From assembly GCF_009914755.1 (NCBI RefSeq), contig NC_060944.1: a DNA stretch of 64,000 bases, one strand, 5' to 3'. Position numbers and translations under genes: made by a program. The DNA comes from the human T2T-CHM13v2.0 reference genome, Homo sapiens. Shown one piece after another: positions 21,247-48,374 of this stretch (position 1 is its first letter; the number at the start of each line of letters is the position of its first letter). The notes beneath the pieces were generated by a model that worked only from the letters and a program-made list of their open reading frames with translations, ran no database searches and had not been told where the DNA came from.

Positions 21247-22447
21247 TGTCTACAATTAGTTTTCATCAACTCCTTCATTAATGTAACCATCAAAATTGTT
21301 GAGGAAAAGTGTTTTATCATTTAATTCCATGGTATTCTCTTAGAAGGAACAAGAGAGTAACGCCAAATCTCATTCCCCAAGACTAACAGATTAAATTCTT
21401 CTTAGCTTTTAGGCGGAAATCTTAACAACAATCTCCATAATCATATTCAAAAGCAGTCAGTGTTGAGAGCAATTTCACTCTACTGAATTGAAAACTTTAA
21501 GGCCTTAATAAAACACACAAGAGCAGTCCATAAATGTCTCTTTGTTCCCAAAGAAGAAAACAAAAAATCATGAGGATTCAGTCGGCAGAACTGAACAACT
21601 GGGTATCCTACTGTGAGAAGGCCTTATTTTCCTGGCAGAAACAAAAATATTTCACCACTGTGGTACGGCATGTTTTCAGGTGCTTTACACACAGCCACAT
21701 AACCTTACCTTGCTTTATTTTTCTTTATAGCACTTTATCACCCTTTGAAATTTTACTGTATACTTATGTGCTATCTTTGTTGCCGTGTTTCTCCTTCATG
21801 AGAACAGAAGTCCCACAAGGACTGGGATTTGTCCCACTCTTGTGCAGCATTTTATCCACTCTAGCCTTCAGTGAAGGCTAGGTCAACGAAAAAGACATAC
21901 TTGCTAAATGGATGGAAGAACACAGGAGCAATACTCTCAACACAGGCCACACTGTTCACAGCAATTATCCAGAGGGAGTTTCACTTTCTCTGTTTTAAAT
22001 TTTTATTAAGAACTCTTTATTACTTTGGAATCAGAAAAAAAAATCAAACTGTTTGAGAGAGGAACAGAGTGAGAGAGAGAGGGCCCCTCAGAGGCCGCCC
22101 TTCACCACAGCTATGACATCTCCCAGGCGACCTCATACCTGGAGATGCTTCCCTGGGCCCTGGCAGAATCTCCTTCAGCTTTTTCCTGAGGCTCTGGGGC
22201 TGCACTGGCAGCCTCCCAGCTGGCCTGTACTGGCCTAACAGTCCCTTCCTCCTGGAACCCTAAGCCAGATATTGAATGTCCTAGAATGGCAGTCTTTTTT
22301 GCTTGCCTTCTTGTAGGTTATGCCATGATGTGCCTTGTCAAGGTGTCCTGTGTCCCCAAACTGAGAATTTTTCTCATGTCTTTAGATGGCTCTATTGGCC
22401 AGCAATGCATTTTGCATTACATCCTGTCAAGCAAGAGGCTAAGAGAC

Positions 22448-23192
<745 letters not shown>

Positions 23193-24754
23193 AAACCATC
23201 AAGCCATAGCAGATACCCTGAAGATAAATCAGTACATAAAAATGTCAGAGCAACACAGGAGTCTTTAAGAAAGGATAAATGTGAATGAAGGTAGACTAAC
23301 CTTCTCCAGCCATCCCTGTATTTTCTCTTTGCCAAAGGCATCATCAAAGCCTGAGTATGCAAGAGCTGATGGTTGCCAAGCATAAAACATGACAGACAAC
23401 TAGCTCCCTGAGGACAGGTACTATCTCCTTGTATCCCCAGGGCCTGGCACAACATCTGGCAAACAGCAGGAATACAGTAGCTACTGAATAAAATGACCTA
23501 TGGGCACTTGGCATTGACAGGGCCACTTTCAGGTAGGAGCAATGTGGTTATCCAGGACCAGGAGTGGCAAAGGTCAAGGATGAAGGGGTAGGGCATATAT
23601 GATGTACACATTATTAGGAGAAAAAAATAGTTGAAAGTTAAAAGCCATATCTATTCTAGTGATCTGAACTACCACATCAAAATGACCGGCATTGACCCTG
23701 AACATTCTTACCTTCCCATTACGAACAGTTCAGTCAATATACCCCAAGCTTTGTTTGAAGACTCCACCAGCCTGATAAGAACTGAAGATAATTTGAACTT
23801 TTTTTTTTTTTTTTTTTTACCATGAAGCTCAGGACAACTTCAGGCTTCAAGAACAAACCCTAAGTTTCAGCACCCCTGAGGTATGCGTGTATTCCCTCAC
23901 TGACAGCCGTGTCCACGTTCACCTTTACAAACCCAAAAGTCCTGGCTTTCTCAGCCTTTCCCACACCAACACCCATCTGCCCTCTGCTCTCATTATGTCA
24001 GGACATTTTCTTATCCGCTAAACTTATCACAAGTGAATGAGGCAACTCAGCCCACAACTACCATATGAAGATTAATTCTATTTAACAATGAAGACACTTA
24101 GCAATCTGTGTACCAGCAAGCCCTGGGGGCCGAGAGTTCTGCCTGGTCCCACCTGATCACTCTGTCATGACCTCAGTTCATGTGAACCTTTCGCCCACCT
24201 TCGTCTCAAACCCAGCCCTGAGACCCTCCATGCTGGGATGTGTGCAGGGACCCCGTGCAGGCTTCCCAGAGCAGGGGAGCACTCAACTATGCAGAACATG
24301 TCAACTCCACAGATACACAGCAGGTCGTGACTGAAATGACTTCCCAAGGGAACTGTCCTTGTCATCCTTTTTAAAAACATTAAATGTCAGAAAGACGATA
24401 TGAGAGCTCAGACTGCGCCCACGTGGGGAACTGAGAGAGAGAGGCCCAGTACCTCCTTTTCCCTCTGCCCTCCTAGCAGATGGCCTTGCTGCTTATTTCC
24501 TAAGGACAGCACAAGCACTCAGAAGAGAACTGGCAGATTCCTTCACCCACAAATAGATCAACTTACCCATGTCTTTCCCCACAGCCTTGGCCTTCCTTCC
24601 TATCTGAGGGGAACTCCTCTGCTCAGCCTCAGAACACTGGGTCCCATCCCTTCTCACAGGCCCAGAGACATCACTGCACCTACTCTGTCCCATGCCGTCC
24701 ATCTTCTCCTCTCCCCTGGATTATTCCCATGCACACTCCAGACTGCTCTAATAT

Positions 24755-25540
24755 TGCACAATTATGATATCATAATTATCAATATAATAGGCTGCTTGAA
24801 GTTATCCTATAGCATAGTGATGCTTTTATTTATTTATATATTTTTTTGAGACAGGGTGTCACTCTGTTGCCCAGACCAGAGTGCAGTGGCTTGATCATGG
24901 CTCACACAGTCTTGACCTCCCGGGCTCAAGCAATCATGCACGCCATGCCTGGCTAATTCTTTTTTTTTTTGGTCTAGATGAGGTCTCCCTTCATTGCCCA
25001 GGCTGGTCTCAGATTCCTGGGCTCAAGTGATCCTCCTTCTTTATCCTCCCAAAGTGCTAGGATTACAGGTATGCTGGGATTACAGGCATGGCAGGAGTAC
25101 AGGTGTGTGCCACCGCACCTGGCCTTGTAACGATGCTTTTGAAAATTTGTTTGGTTCTCTTTTCCCCAGGTTTCACATTGAATAGTTGAGCCCTTTCTTT
25201 AGCAGTGTTTAATCTGCCCTTCAGTGTAATTCCCTTCAGTGTAACCTTTATCTCACACATTGTGGTTTTCATCTTTAGAAATTCCATTTCAGTAATTTTC
25301 AGGTTTTCCATAACTCCACTTAACTTCTGGAACACATGGAATACAATTACCATTGAGTGGTTTCTTTTGTTGTTTTTTTGAGATGGAGTTTCGCTCTTGT
25401 TGCCCAGGCTGGAATGCAATGGCGCGATTTTGGCTAATATATCACATAACTATCATAATATCATAATTATCAATATAGTGGGCTGCCTGAAGTTGTCCTA
25501 TGGCATAGTGATGCTTTTATTATTTATTTATTTTTTGATA
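24755..25540 (+). repeat. Local duplication of about 18976-19667 plus a second partial copy, inserted in an L2
   Basis: Same L1/Alu/L1/Alu junctions and same aberrant Alu end as the donor; flanked by TCTAATAT. Confidence 0.88.
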
Positions 25541-26701
25541 TCTAATATCACTGCTAAGAAAACTCACCCCCTCCAGCCATCCCTCCCTGTCTTTCCCCCT
25601 TTACTGCACAGCTCCCTGGAAAAGCTACCTGCATTTCCTCTCTCCACTTCTTCCTTGAGCCCTCACCATTAGGCTTTTGCTCCCACCACTGCAGTAAGCC
25701 ACTCCTGTCAATACTGATCTCGTGTCACCAAATCCAATTGCAGATCAGGCTTTCTTCTGCAACAGGCCTTCTTTAGGTGGCTGCCTTGACACCTTTTCCC
25801 AGCAATCCTTCTAACTCATTGCCCAGGTCCTGACTCCTCTGTCCTGACTTGTCTGCTGGGAGAGTCTGCTGCAAGGGTCTAGGTACCACCTGTCACAGCC
25901 ATGGTCAGGTACAGGCCCTAACCTCCCCCTTGAACTCTATCCCCTATCCACCTGGATGTTTAACAGGCACCTCAATATGTCCAAAACCAAACATTACTTC
26001 TCCTGCCCCAAAGCACTTGCTCTTTCCACATCTGTCCCCATCTCAGTATCTGGCAACTCCATTCTTCCTGTTGCTCAGAAAGTAGTTTGTGAATCCAGAA
26101 TCACATGCCTCTTCTTATCTCCACAGCTGCTGTCCCGGCCTGAGCCCCTGTCATCTCTTGCCTGGATGACCCTGGCAGCCCCTAGCCGGTCTCCCTGCTT
26201 GCCCACCGCAGTCTGTGCTTGTCACACAGTCAGAGTGACATGATGACACACACCATGCCATTTCTCTAGCAGCCAGTGGCATCCATTCACATGTCTCCTT
26301 GTCAGAAACATCCCCTGTACACCCAGACTGTGCACACACAGCCACAGGGCCTCATCTGCGGCTATTCCCTCACTGGCACCATTTTCCTCCTTAGTGCCCT
26401 AAGCACATGACATCATGTGTTTCTTCATGTTTTATCTGCCTCCCCTACCAGAATGTAAAGGCCAGGAGAACTGCAACGGCCTCAGCATTCACAGGTGTTA
26501 CTGGGCGTAACAGGTACTCAAACTGTTAAATGAGTGGCTGGAAAAAAGTGTTAAATAAGCAAATAGTATTGCTACAAATGCTCTAATACCAACAGACACA
26601 TTAACTGATCAGGATGGACCCTATATGCACGACTGGCTGAGAAGCCAGACTCTTAATTGTTTGGGGCAGAAAAGGGTAGAAGAAAATCCTTCTAGACATG
26701 A

Positions 26702-27057
<356 letters not shown>

Positions 27058-28638
27058 AGTACCCTGAGCTCTTAATATTATAATCATCATGGGGCTAGTC
27101 ATCTAGAAGATGTCACTGACCAAGCACTCACCATGTGCCAGGAACATTCCACACACCTGGGCCTCACCACAATCCTACAGGGAAGACACTCTTATCCCTA
27201 CATCACAGATGAAGAAACAAACTCAGAGTGTTACACAACTCACCCAAGCCAGAGAATCTGAAAACTCACCTGAGACCTGGGTCTCTATGAAGGCTATCCT
27301 CTGAAGCAGTAAATCACAATACAAAGGGGCTGAGGCCTAAATGAGAAGTCTTGCTGGTAATGGGACAGTTTGGTTCCGGCATCCTGGCTCTTGGCCCCTG
27401 TTCACTGACTGACACTCTAGACGCTGGCTCTCGGTGTGGCACGAGATAGATGGCTTACCCACTCTCATGCTGAAAGGGCCCCTGCCAAAGCACAAGCACA
27501 CTGAGACCAAAGTCCTGTGGCGTCATCTCTGGGTGAAGAGCATTGACTTCATCTGTCAGCTTTTGAGGTTATATTTCAATAAACATTTTCCCTGCAGATT
27601 TCACTCTGGAAGGACAAGTGTTCTAATGGAAGAGGAGAGAAAGGAGGGGAACGAAGAGGAGGAGAAGTTGCAGCAGCGGGAGTCTGAAATGAGGTCCTGT
27701 CTCCATCGCTGTTAGCACAAACCTGACAAGATGACCCATCTTCCATGCCTCTCTCCAAGGCTTCCTCCATGAAAGTGCCTCAGGTGCTTTCAGCCTGCCC
27801 AAAGATACCCCTCACAGTTCAGGCCTGTCTGCCAAAGTCACCATAGAAGGCGGACACTCCCTTGGGAAGGGTCACTGTGGCTGAAAGGAACTAGGAACCA
27901 AGCAGAGATACAGGATGCAGAGTCCTAATAAAGCAGAAGGCAGTGGCAAAGCACCAAGTCCCAGTGTGGCCAGTCCCTGGCTGGAGTGCAGCATTGATAA
28001 GGTACACTGAGTTAGGAAGAGGAAAACCAGTACCAGTTGAGGGGGGGGGCCAGCTATGGCGCCATAAACAAAGCCAGCCCCATGCCTTGTCACAGTCCTG
28101 GCCCAGACTGTACTGAGGGTGGAGCAAAAGGAAAAAGGAGATGGATGAAGCAGACTTTAACCACAAAAGCTAGCTCAGAACTCGCTCCCATCTTCCTAAT
28201 CTGTAAAGAAAAGATGAAGAGATACCATACAGGGACACTTAGAGGGTGAGGTTGATACTGAACCTCGGGAAGGCTGACACTGAAGAAGACAGATGTTAAC
28301 CTCAGCCACCCACTCTTCTGGGTTAGGGGGAAGCCATTAGCAACCTTGGATAAAGTATCTTCTTTGGGTAAAGGAAGAAATAGGTGTGATGACTATGTTC
28401 TTTGGCATTTACGTATGAGGGTGATCTGGCTATGAAACCTCCCATGCAGCCCACTGATCTCTGTCAATCCAGCAGATCTGGCCTGTCGGTTGGGAGTTGG
28501 AGGATAAAGACTAGGTAACACACAGACCGTGTACATCTCATGACTGCCTTCTCAGGGTCCAAATTAGACCAGTCATGCCTTCAATGCACATTCCCAACAA
28601 TTCCAGGGCTAATGAAAGGCCCACAAAATCCCTCATTT

Positions 28639-34207
<5,569 letters not shown>

Positions 34208-34899
34208 AATTTGATTTTTTCGAAGGAAGAATTTTCCAATTTATCTAAGCGTTATGCCATGTCTGTTAATAAAATTGTATTAAAGTTAAATCATGAGTTT
34301 TTAATGCAGATAAATCTTTCCATAGCAAAGAGAACAGATTAGTTTCACAAAAGATATTGATCAGATGCTACATAATTTTACACATAAAGACACAAAACTA
34401 TCAGTCTCCGCCCTTCTGTCAAACCATCGACTTAGAAGTGTCTATAGTTTAATTTCATGATTTTTTTAAGCAATGAAGTTGAAATTCTACTTTTCCTTAG
34501 GAGCGATACGCATATTTTACACTCAAGTGGCCAGCGTCAACTAAGGGCATTCCAGATGGTCAAAAAAGAAGTGCCTCTGCTACAACGCCTGAGATCATCA
34601 TATAGTAACTTCTTCAAACCACCACGAAGTAGCAAGGCTTCAAAGCTGTCAGGAATGCTACGTTCTACAACAGCCAGATAATTAGGAAACCAGCAGATGG
34701 GAGGAGAAATCTGTCCCTATGAAACACGTTCCCATCTCAGTTTTGAAAGTGGCTTTATATAAACGCATTCATCTTCTACCCAATAACCCAAAGGTTATTG
34801 AACGCCAATAACCAAACGACTCAGGACTGCGAGATGATTCCCAAGGAGGCGAACTTGTGCGGACAGATTTCAAGTACCACGAACCATCACCAGCAGAGC

Positions 34900-36290
<1,391 letters not shown>

Positions 36291-36824
36291 GGAAAACCAG
36301 AGGTAGCAAATAGCAGTTCCGTTCTCGTGATTCTTAATTCTTTTTCCACAAGGACATTACCTTTAAAAGTATGCTTTCCGGTCGTCAGTTTTTAATTTGA
36401 AGTAAATGTATATACTCAGTGTTTACTTTTGGGCCGAACATCAGGAAATGAACTGCTTGAAAAATTTACTTTTTAAAAACCTGTGTTAGATTTTAGATTT
36501 TTATAAAGCAATTAAGACTACCTGATGGGAGGAAAATCCATTTCAAAGATAAATTCGCCCTTATGAAACCCAAATTTAGTACTAATTCAACCCATCCTAG
36601 AAAGAGAAAAGGAAAGAATAAAGGGCTGTTTCACAAATTTAGTTTTATAACTTTGGCTTTCTTCAATATGGCATTAGTTTTACAGATGATCTATAACAAA
36701 GAGAGATATTTGCTTATTCCAAAGTAACGTTAGAAATTTCAGCATTTGTCACTTTGAAAACTATTGGCAATTGATAAAGGTCAATTGGAAATGCGTTTAG
36801 AAATTCAACAGCTTTTTATATTAG

Positions 36825-38701
<1,877 letters not shown>

Positions 38702-39234
38702 CTAGTGATGCCCACATTTTTATCATTGGTCCACACCTCTCCTTGACCCTTAGGCTCCTCATCATTTCTGCTCTGATTTCTGACAAGCACCACTTCAATG
38801 CTGAGCTCCCAACTCTTCTCCCACCCCCAACTCCATCCATGACCTTCTCTGGTAATTCTATTGCAGTTCCTGGGGCCACAATTCTGGGGTCATCCTTGAC
38901 TTCTCCTTTCTTGTGCTATAGCATGTCTATCACCAAGCCTTGTCAGCTGTGCTTTCAAAATCTATGAGAATTTAACCATTAAATTTTACCGCCTCCATGG
39001 TCCCCACCCTGGGCCAAACTGCTGTTATCTCTCACCTCCATTATTTGAATAGCCTAACTGGTCTCCTGCCTCCACTTTGCCTCACTTCTGTCCACTTAAT
39101 TCAGCTGCCACATAGGGTTTTCTTGTTGTTACAAGGTCTAATTCTGTCATTTATTTGCTCACAACACCTAAGTGGCTCCCCATCTCACTCAAAACCCAAG
39201 GCTTACAAAAGGGTTTAACATGGCCCTCCCTGAC

Positions 39235-39731
39235 TGTAGAGCACCCGATTCTGTCGTTGATCAGGGGTGCCACTTGCAACCTGCATGGACTTAGGGTAAC
39301 AACAAAGGGTGGTGAACGTGAGAATAAAAGACAAGAGACAAGAGTATGTTTGGAAGAAGGGGTCAGGGGGCACCTTGCCTCTAGTGGACAAGGGCCCTGA
39401 GCTTTACACAGCCCTCCATATTTATTAGGCAAAACAGATAGGGATAAATGGGGGGTGATTGTGGGGTAATTGTCAGTCGGCTGGTTGGTTCACAGCAGGC
39501 TTGCCAGACTGCATCGTTTGAACAATAGACACTAGATTTCTCAGTAGATAACTTCAAGGAGCCCCGTGCCAGGGAGTGAGGCCCTCAGCCAACCTTTTGG
39601 TGGCAGGCGCAGTGTGAGTTTGCTCACATCCTGCATTCGTGATAGTGATAAACAGTTTGCTATTTGATCATATAGCCTCCAGTGGAATGCTGAGTTGATC
39701 ATGATCCCTTTGGCCTTTTTGGCTCCCAACA
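39235..39731 (-). mobile_element. 3' LTR (LTR3 family)
   Basis: Direct repeat of the 5' LTR; preceded by polypurine tract AAAGGGAGAGA; internal AATAAA. Confidence 0.92.
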
Positions 39732-41542
39732 TCTCTCCCTTTGTGTTTATGTATTAATTGAAAGAATGTAAGGCCAGGCTGGGCATCTCTCATTCTCTGA
39801 TTGGCAGTCCGTCCGATTTTACAGACTATGAGCAGAAGACAGAGACAAAACAACATTATTCCAAGAACTACATATAAATTGTTAATGTGGTGCTTTAGAT
39901 AGGTCCAAGGGTTGAGGCTTGCCAGGCGTTGCTGGAATTTGGTCCAGTCTTCTAAAGCAGGTTGAAATTTTTGAGTTTGCTTATTTAAAACAAGAATTTT
40001 GTTTTGTAATTCACCAATATCAAAGGTGATGTTGGATGTGAACGCTCCCTGTAAATGGGCTTTCACAAGGTCCCATGGATAGTCACTTTGGTTATATTCT
40101 TAGTTGTTTACACAAATATGAGTGTGGTTAAAATGACAATGCAACTGATGCTGCAACTGCAAGCTCTGTACTTTTTCTCCTAACCAAAGGACCGTGGATT
40201 TTAACATTGCCACTTCAGTTTGTAACTCAGTGTTAATTTTATTCTGAAGTAGCCACGGTTGGTCAGCTGTGCGCGTCCAGTTCTCCAGGTACTGAGCTGT
40301 TTGAATAGAATTATGCAAAGCTACAGAGGACATCACAACAGAAGTTATTAGTGTGACTAAGGAAACAATAGCAAAAATTATGCCTAAGTCTCTACAGACA
40401 CGATGCGTAAGCTGAGTTAGAAGAAGTTTCACAAAATGCAAAGCAGGCATGGCAGCCCAAGGTTCAGACAGATTAACAGGAATCCATAGCCCAGGGATGT
40501 GACCCAGAATCATCAAGGTAGAAATACTATGTGTTTGCAATGTGCTGTGATTAATGCAGTGATAAAACTGGCAAGATTTACAGGTCAATTGGGTATTGTT
40601 TACCTGGAGCTGGTTCTTCTTAGCTGCCAAAAAGACATAAGAATTAAAAACAAAAACTGTAAATTGAGTGGTGATATTCTTTACAAATGCAACATTAAGA
40701 TTGTGTTGCTTACTATTGCTATTATTGGATAGTATTCCAGTCCAGATGTTGCCATTCATACATGGGAGTGCTGCCTTCCATATAGTCTCTTGAATTGGTC
40801 CTTTCCTCCCTAGATAATGCCACTGAGGAAGAGGTGGGCTAAAGCCTGCTCCATGCCAAGCAATCTGGGTGGCAGACTGGGATTGGATCCCAGTACTGTA
40901 TAAAGAAGAAGCATTAAAAGCTTGCCACCAATGCCAATGAAGTTTGTGCCATGATTTCTGATTTTCATCTTTTCGATCTAATTGACCTTTAGGTTCCCAA
41001 TCCACAATGTCTCCAGTTAACATAGATTGTTTTCTAGCCAGTGGACCAAGACACTGGGTCCACGGAGGGGGGTAGGAACTACTGAATGGAATCCATTCCA
41101 TATAATCAGCACAATTAGGGCGATTGGGCCGGGAAAGGTTGGTTAATAGAACCAAGACTTAATAAGTACATAATTTTTCCATAATGATTCAACCATGTTT
41201 GAGCTTGAATTGTAAGACAGCTATGGCTGAGCGACATCTTTGTGTTGATTCACAAAGGAAGTCCTTCCAGTGGAGCAGTATAATTAATGACATTATTCTG
41301 AGAGTCTAACTGTTCTATGTCAGGGGGAGTTAGGGGTCCTGGAGCCTACTCTCCCTGATCATGATAAATCTCAGGAGGAGTGTCGCTCCAAAGTATAGGT
41401 CGTACTGCTGGGAGATTGAGAACGTATGCCCAATGTTTTTGCCTCTGCACAGCGAAAACATACCACATGGGACACTATGGCTAACATGGCCAAGAACATG
41501 GAATCAGGGGTTTTTGCCTGTCACTGATGCTCCAGTAGTTTC

Positions 41543-44630
<3,088 letters not shown>

Positions 44631-44638
44631 CTGATGTC

Positions 44639-45450
44639 CTAGCCCTTTTCTGTTTTTCCAGTTACTGATATCGGGTTAGGATTTCCTTGAAATTTTCCTA
44701 AACCTTTTCCCCTCTGATATCCCGTGTTCTTCAACATTTTAAATCCTGGGTTATCGAAGTTTTCATTTGTAAGTCTCATATCCCATGCTGTAAGTAAGTC
44801 TTGACCCCATAAATTGATAGCTATATTTGCAACATAAGGCTGAAAAGTACATGACTGTCCATCTGGACCAAGACAAGACAAAATCTCAGGGCTCTGTTGA
44901 ACACTTTGAGCTGTGCCTACTCCCACTAGGGACATAGAAGTTAATTGCAAGGGCCAGGATGGGGGCCAGTTGTCTTTAGAGATTAGTGATACATCAGCTC
45001 CTGTATCCATAAGCCCATAAAATTTTTTTCCTTTAATTTGTACTACACAAGCAGGTCTGTTAGAGGCTATGGGTTGGGATACATAGATTTCCCATGTAGT
45101 TGTGCTCCCAAACCCTTTATTTCCTTGTTTCTCCTTTCGTGGAGAAGGGTGTAATTTGCAGGGAATAAGCAATAATTAGCAATATATTCTCCCGGTTCAA
45201 AAACCCAAAGATCTTGTGACATTAAAACTACTTGAATTTCTCCTTCATAATCAGAGTCAATCCCTCCTGGGACTACAGTGATGCCTTGCAAGTTAAGATG
45301 GCTTTTGCCTAAAATTAGTCCCATGTATCCTGTTGGTAAAGGTCCCCAAATACCAGTGGGAACTTTGATAGGTCTGTCTCCCCCTACTAACGTGATTCTT
45401 TCTCTGGCGGGTAGATCTAATCCTGCACTTTGTGGTGTTCCTGGGGTGAG
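44639..45450 (-). pseudogene. pro: HML-6 pro (dUTPase, protease, G-patch), frameshifted
   Basis: GIDSDYEGEI and GFGST dUTPase motifs; LMDTGADVS catalytic motif; LWGQDLL; GKGLGK. Confidence 0.88.
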
Positions 45451-46033
45451 GGAATCAAGTGCCTCTGGGAACTCATCCCTGAAACGGGGTTGAAGTCTGG
45501 GCTGGGAATGCCCTCATTGTTTGTGGGGCCCGGGTCCAGGCCCCGTCTCGTTTCCTGGCATGGGGGTCCCATTCTGATGAAATTTTGAGCGACACTGATT
45601 AGCCCAGTGATTTCCTTTGTTACAGCAAGGACAAAGTCCTGGCGTTTTTTCCGCTCGGTGGGGCACTGTATTGTAAGGTCCTTTCTGTCCTGAGATCTGG
45701 CGGCATTCCTTTTTAAAATGTCCAGTTTTTCCACAATCATAACATTTTCCCATTTTAGGGTTTGACCCTTGGCTCCTTTTAGATTTGTCAACTGCTAAAT
45801 TAGCCATTGCTTGCGCTAACATTTCAGAGTGATGAAGCTCAGTTCCCACGTCCTGACAAGCTCTGAGAAAATTTCCCAAGTTTTTTGTACACCTCACCGG
45901 TGCCAGTGCATGTTTATAATCCGTGTTTGCGTTCTCAAAAGCTAGAGTTAAGATTAGCATTTCTGCAGCTGCGGTATGAGGAATTTGGCGCTTCACTGCT
46001 TCTCGCAGTCTTGCAAGAAAATGTGCATAGGGT

Positions 46034-46358
<325 letters not shown>

Positions 46359-47216
46359 TCATAGGGCTCTTGCAACCCTTGCATGATATGTAAAAAGGAT
46401 TGTACTGGGACTCCGTCTTCAGGAATTGTGGCCCAGGCACCTTTAGCGGCCTGTGTTCACTGCTGATAAGCAGCGTCTGGGAGTGCCATTTGATGTTCCA
46501 GGTCTGAATAAGGGCCATTACTTAATAGCATATCCTCTGTAATGTCTCCATGTCCAGCAACATGATTCTGTCTAGCCTGGTCTGCACACATTTCTTGCTA
46601 ATTTAAATTCCATGTCAGATATGTGCTAGTGGACAAGCAAGCTCGCACCAAGTGTTTTACATCAAAGGGTAAAAGACTCATAGCACCAAACACGGATTCT
46701 AGCAATCCTAAGGTAAATGGGCTCTGTATGCCATCATTTACCACACTTGCTTTTAATTCCTTTAACAACTTAAACTCTAGTGGAGTGTGTTCATGAATAA
46801 CCTGCTGTGGATTATTTGGATCAGACCTTACAAAAATAGGAAAAGCACAGGGTTCTAAGGGCTCTCCAGCTATGGCAGCAGAGTGTAAAAATCTTTGTAT
46901 TGGGGTCTCTATTTCTGCTACTGAAGGAGGCAGTACAGATGTTTCTGCAACTGGAGGAGGCAGTATAGGCCAATTTTTATCCTCCTCCGTTTTTTATTTT
47001 CAATTGGCGCTGTGGGTGGGACAACAGATTCTTTCAGATTTTTAGATTCAGCCTGCTCCCCCACAGAATAATAAGGAGATAATGGCAGAAGTACAGTACG
47101 AATTAAACTCCAAGTGGAAAAAACAGAAGAATCAACTTTAGGACCTTTTTGATGAGTCTGTTTTAATCCTTCTCCTGCTTTAGCCCAATTTTCCACATCA
47201 AGAGTGCCTGCCTGGT

Positions 47217-47521
<305 letters not shown>

Positions 47522-47854
47522 CTACCTGTAGAAACCATGGGTTATGTGTAATACCTTTTGTGGCTTCTGCAGGAGGTTAGTTAGTGCCTGCGAATTAACC
47601 TGAGCTCCAGACTGTCTCAACCGAACTTTAAGCAACTGCACATAATGTTTTTCTTTAATAGACAAATTCTGCCCCTTGTTACCCTGAATTCAGAAAACTT
47701 CCCATTCCCAGTACTTCTTTAAAGCACTGCTCCCAGTACCTCTTTAGGGCACTAACCTTATATCCGCTACCGGCAGACTCACCCTGGGATCCCCGTTCAC
47801 CTTGTCAATTTCAGTTCCTCTGCTCCAGCAGACCTTCTTCTTCATGTCCTTGAA

Positions 47855-47872
47855 GTCCCTGTTTGGGCGCCA
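47855..47872 (-). other. Primer-binding site, tRNA-Lys3(UUU)
   Basis: TGGCGCCCAAACAGGGAC, 17/18 match to TGGCGCCCGAACAGGGAC, 3 nt after the 5' LTR. Confidence 0.9.
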
Positions 47873-47875
47873 CTT

Positions 47876-48374
47876 TGTAGAGTACCTGATTCTGTCGCTG
47901 ATCGGGGGTGCCACCTGTAACCTGCATGAACCTAGGGGGACTGAACAAAGGGGGCGGTGAATGTGAGAATAAAAGACAAGAGACAAAAGAGTATATTTGA
48001 AAGAAGGGGTCAAGGGGCACCTTGCCTCTAGTGGACAAGGGCCCTGAGCTTTACACAGCCCTCCATATTTATTAGGCAAAACAGATAGTGATAAATGGGG
48101 GGGGTGATTGTCGGGTAATTGTCAGTCAGCTGTTTGGTTCACAGCAGGCTTGCGAGACTGCATCCTTTGAACAATAGGCACTAGATTTCTCCGTAGATAA
48201 CTTCAAGGAGCCCGGCACCAGGGAGCGCGGCCCTCAGCCAACCTTTTGGTGGCAGGCACAGTGTGAGTTTGCTCACATCCTGCATTCTTGATAAACAGTT
48301 TGCTGTTTGATAATATAGCCTCCAGTGGAATGCTGAGTTGGTCACAATCCCTTTGGCCTTTTCAGCTCCCAACA
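47876..48374 (-). mobile_element. 5' LTR (LTR3 family)
   Basis: TGTTGGGAGC...CTCTACA, followed by the PBS; about 7-8% substitutions versus the 3' LTR by hand count. Confidence 0.92.

Noticed and set aside
40100-41155. 351-aa env ORF as a candidate domesticated envelope
   Set aside because: No signal peptide or initiating ATG, furin site degraded to RVCR, stops before the transmembrane anchor
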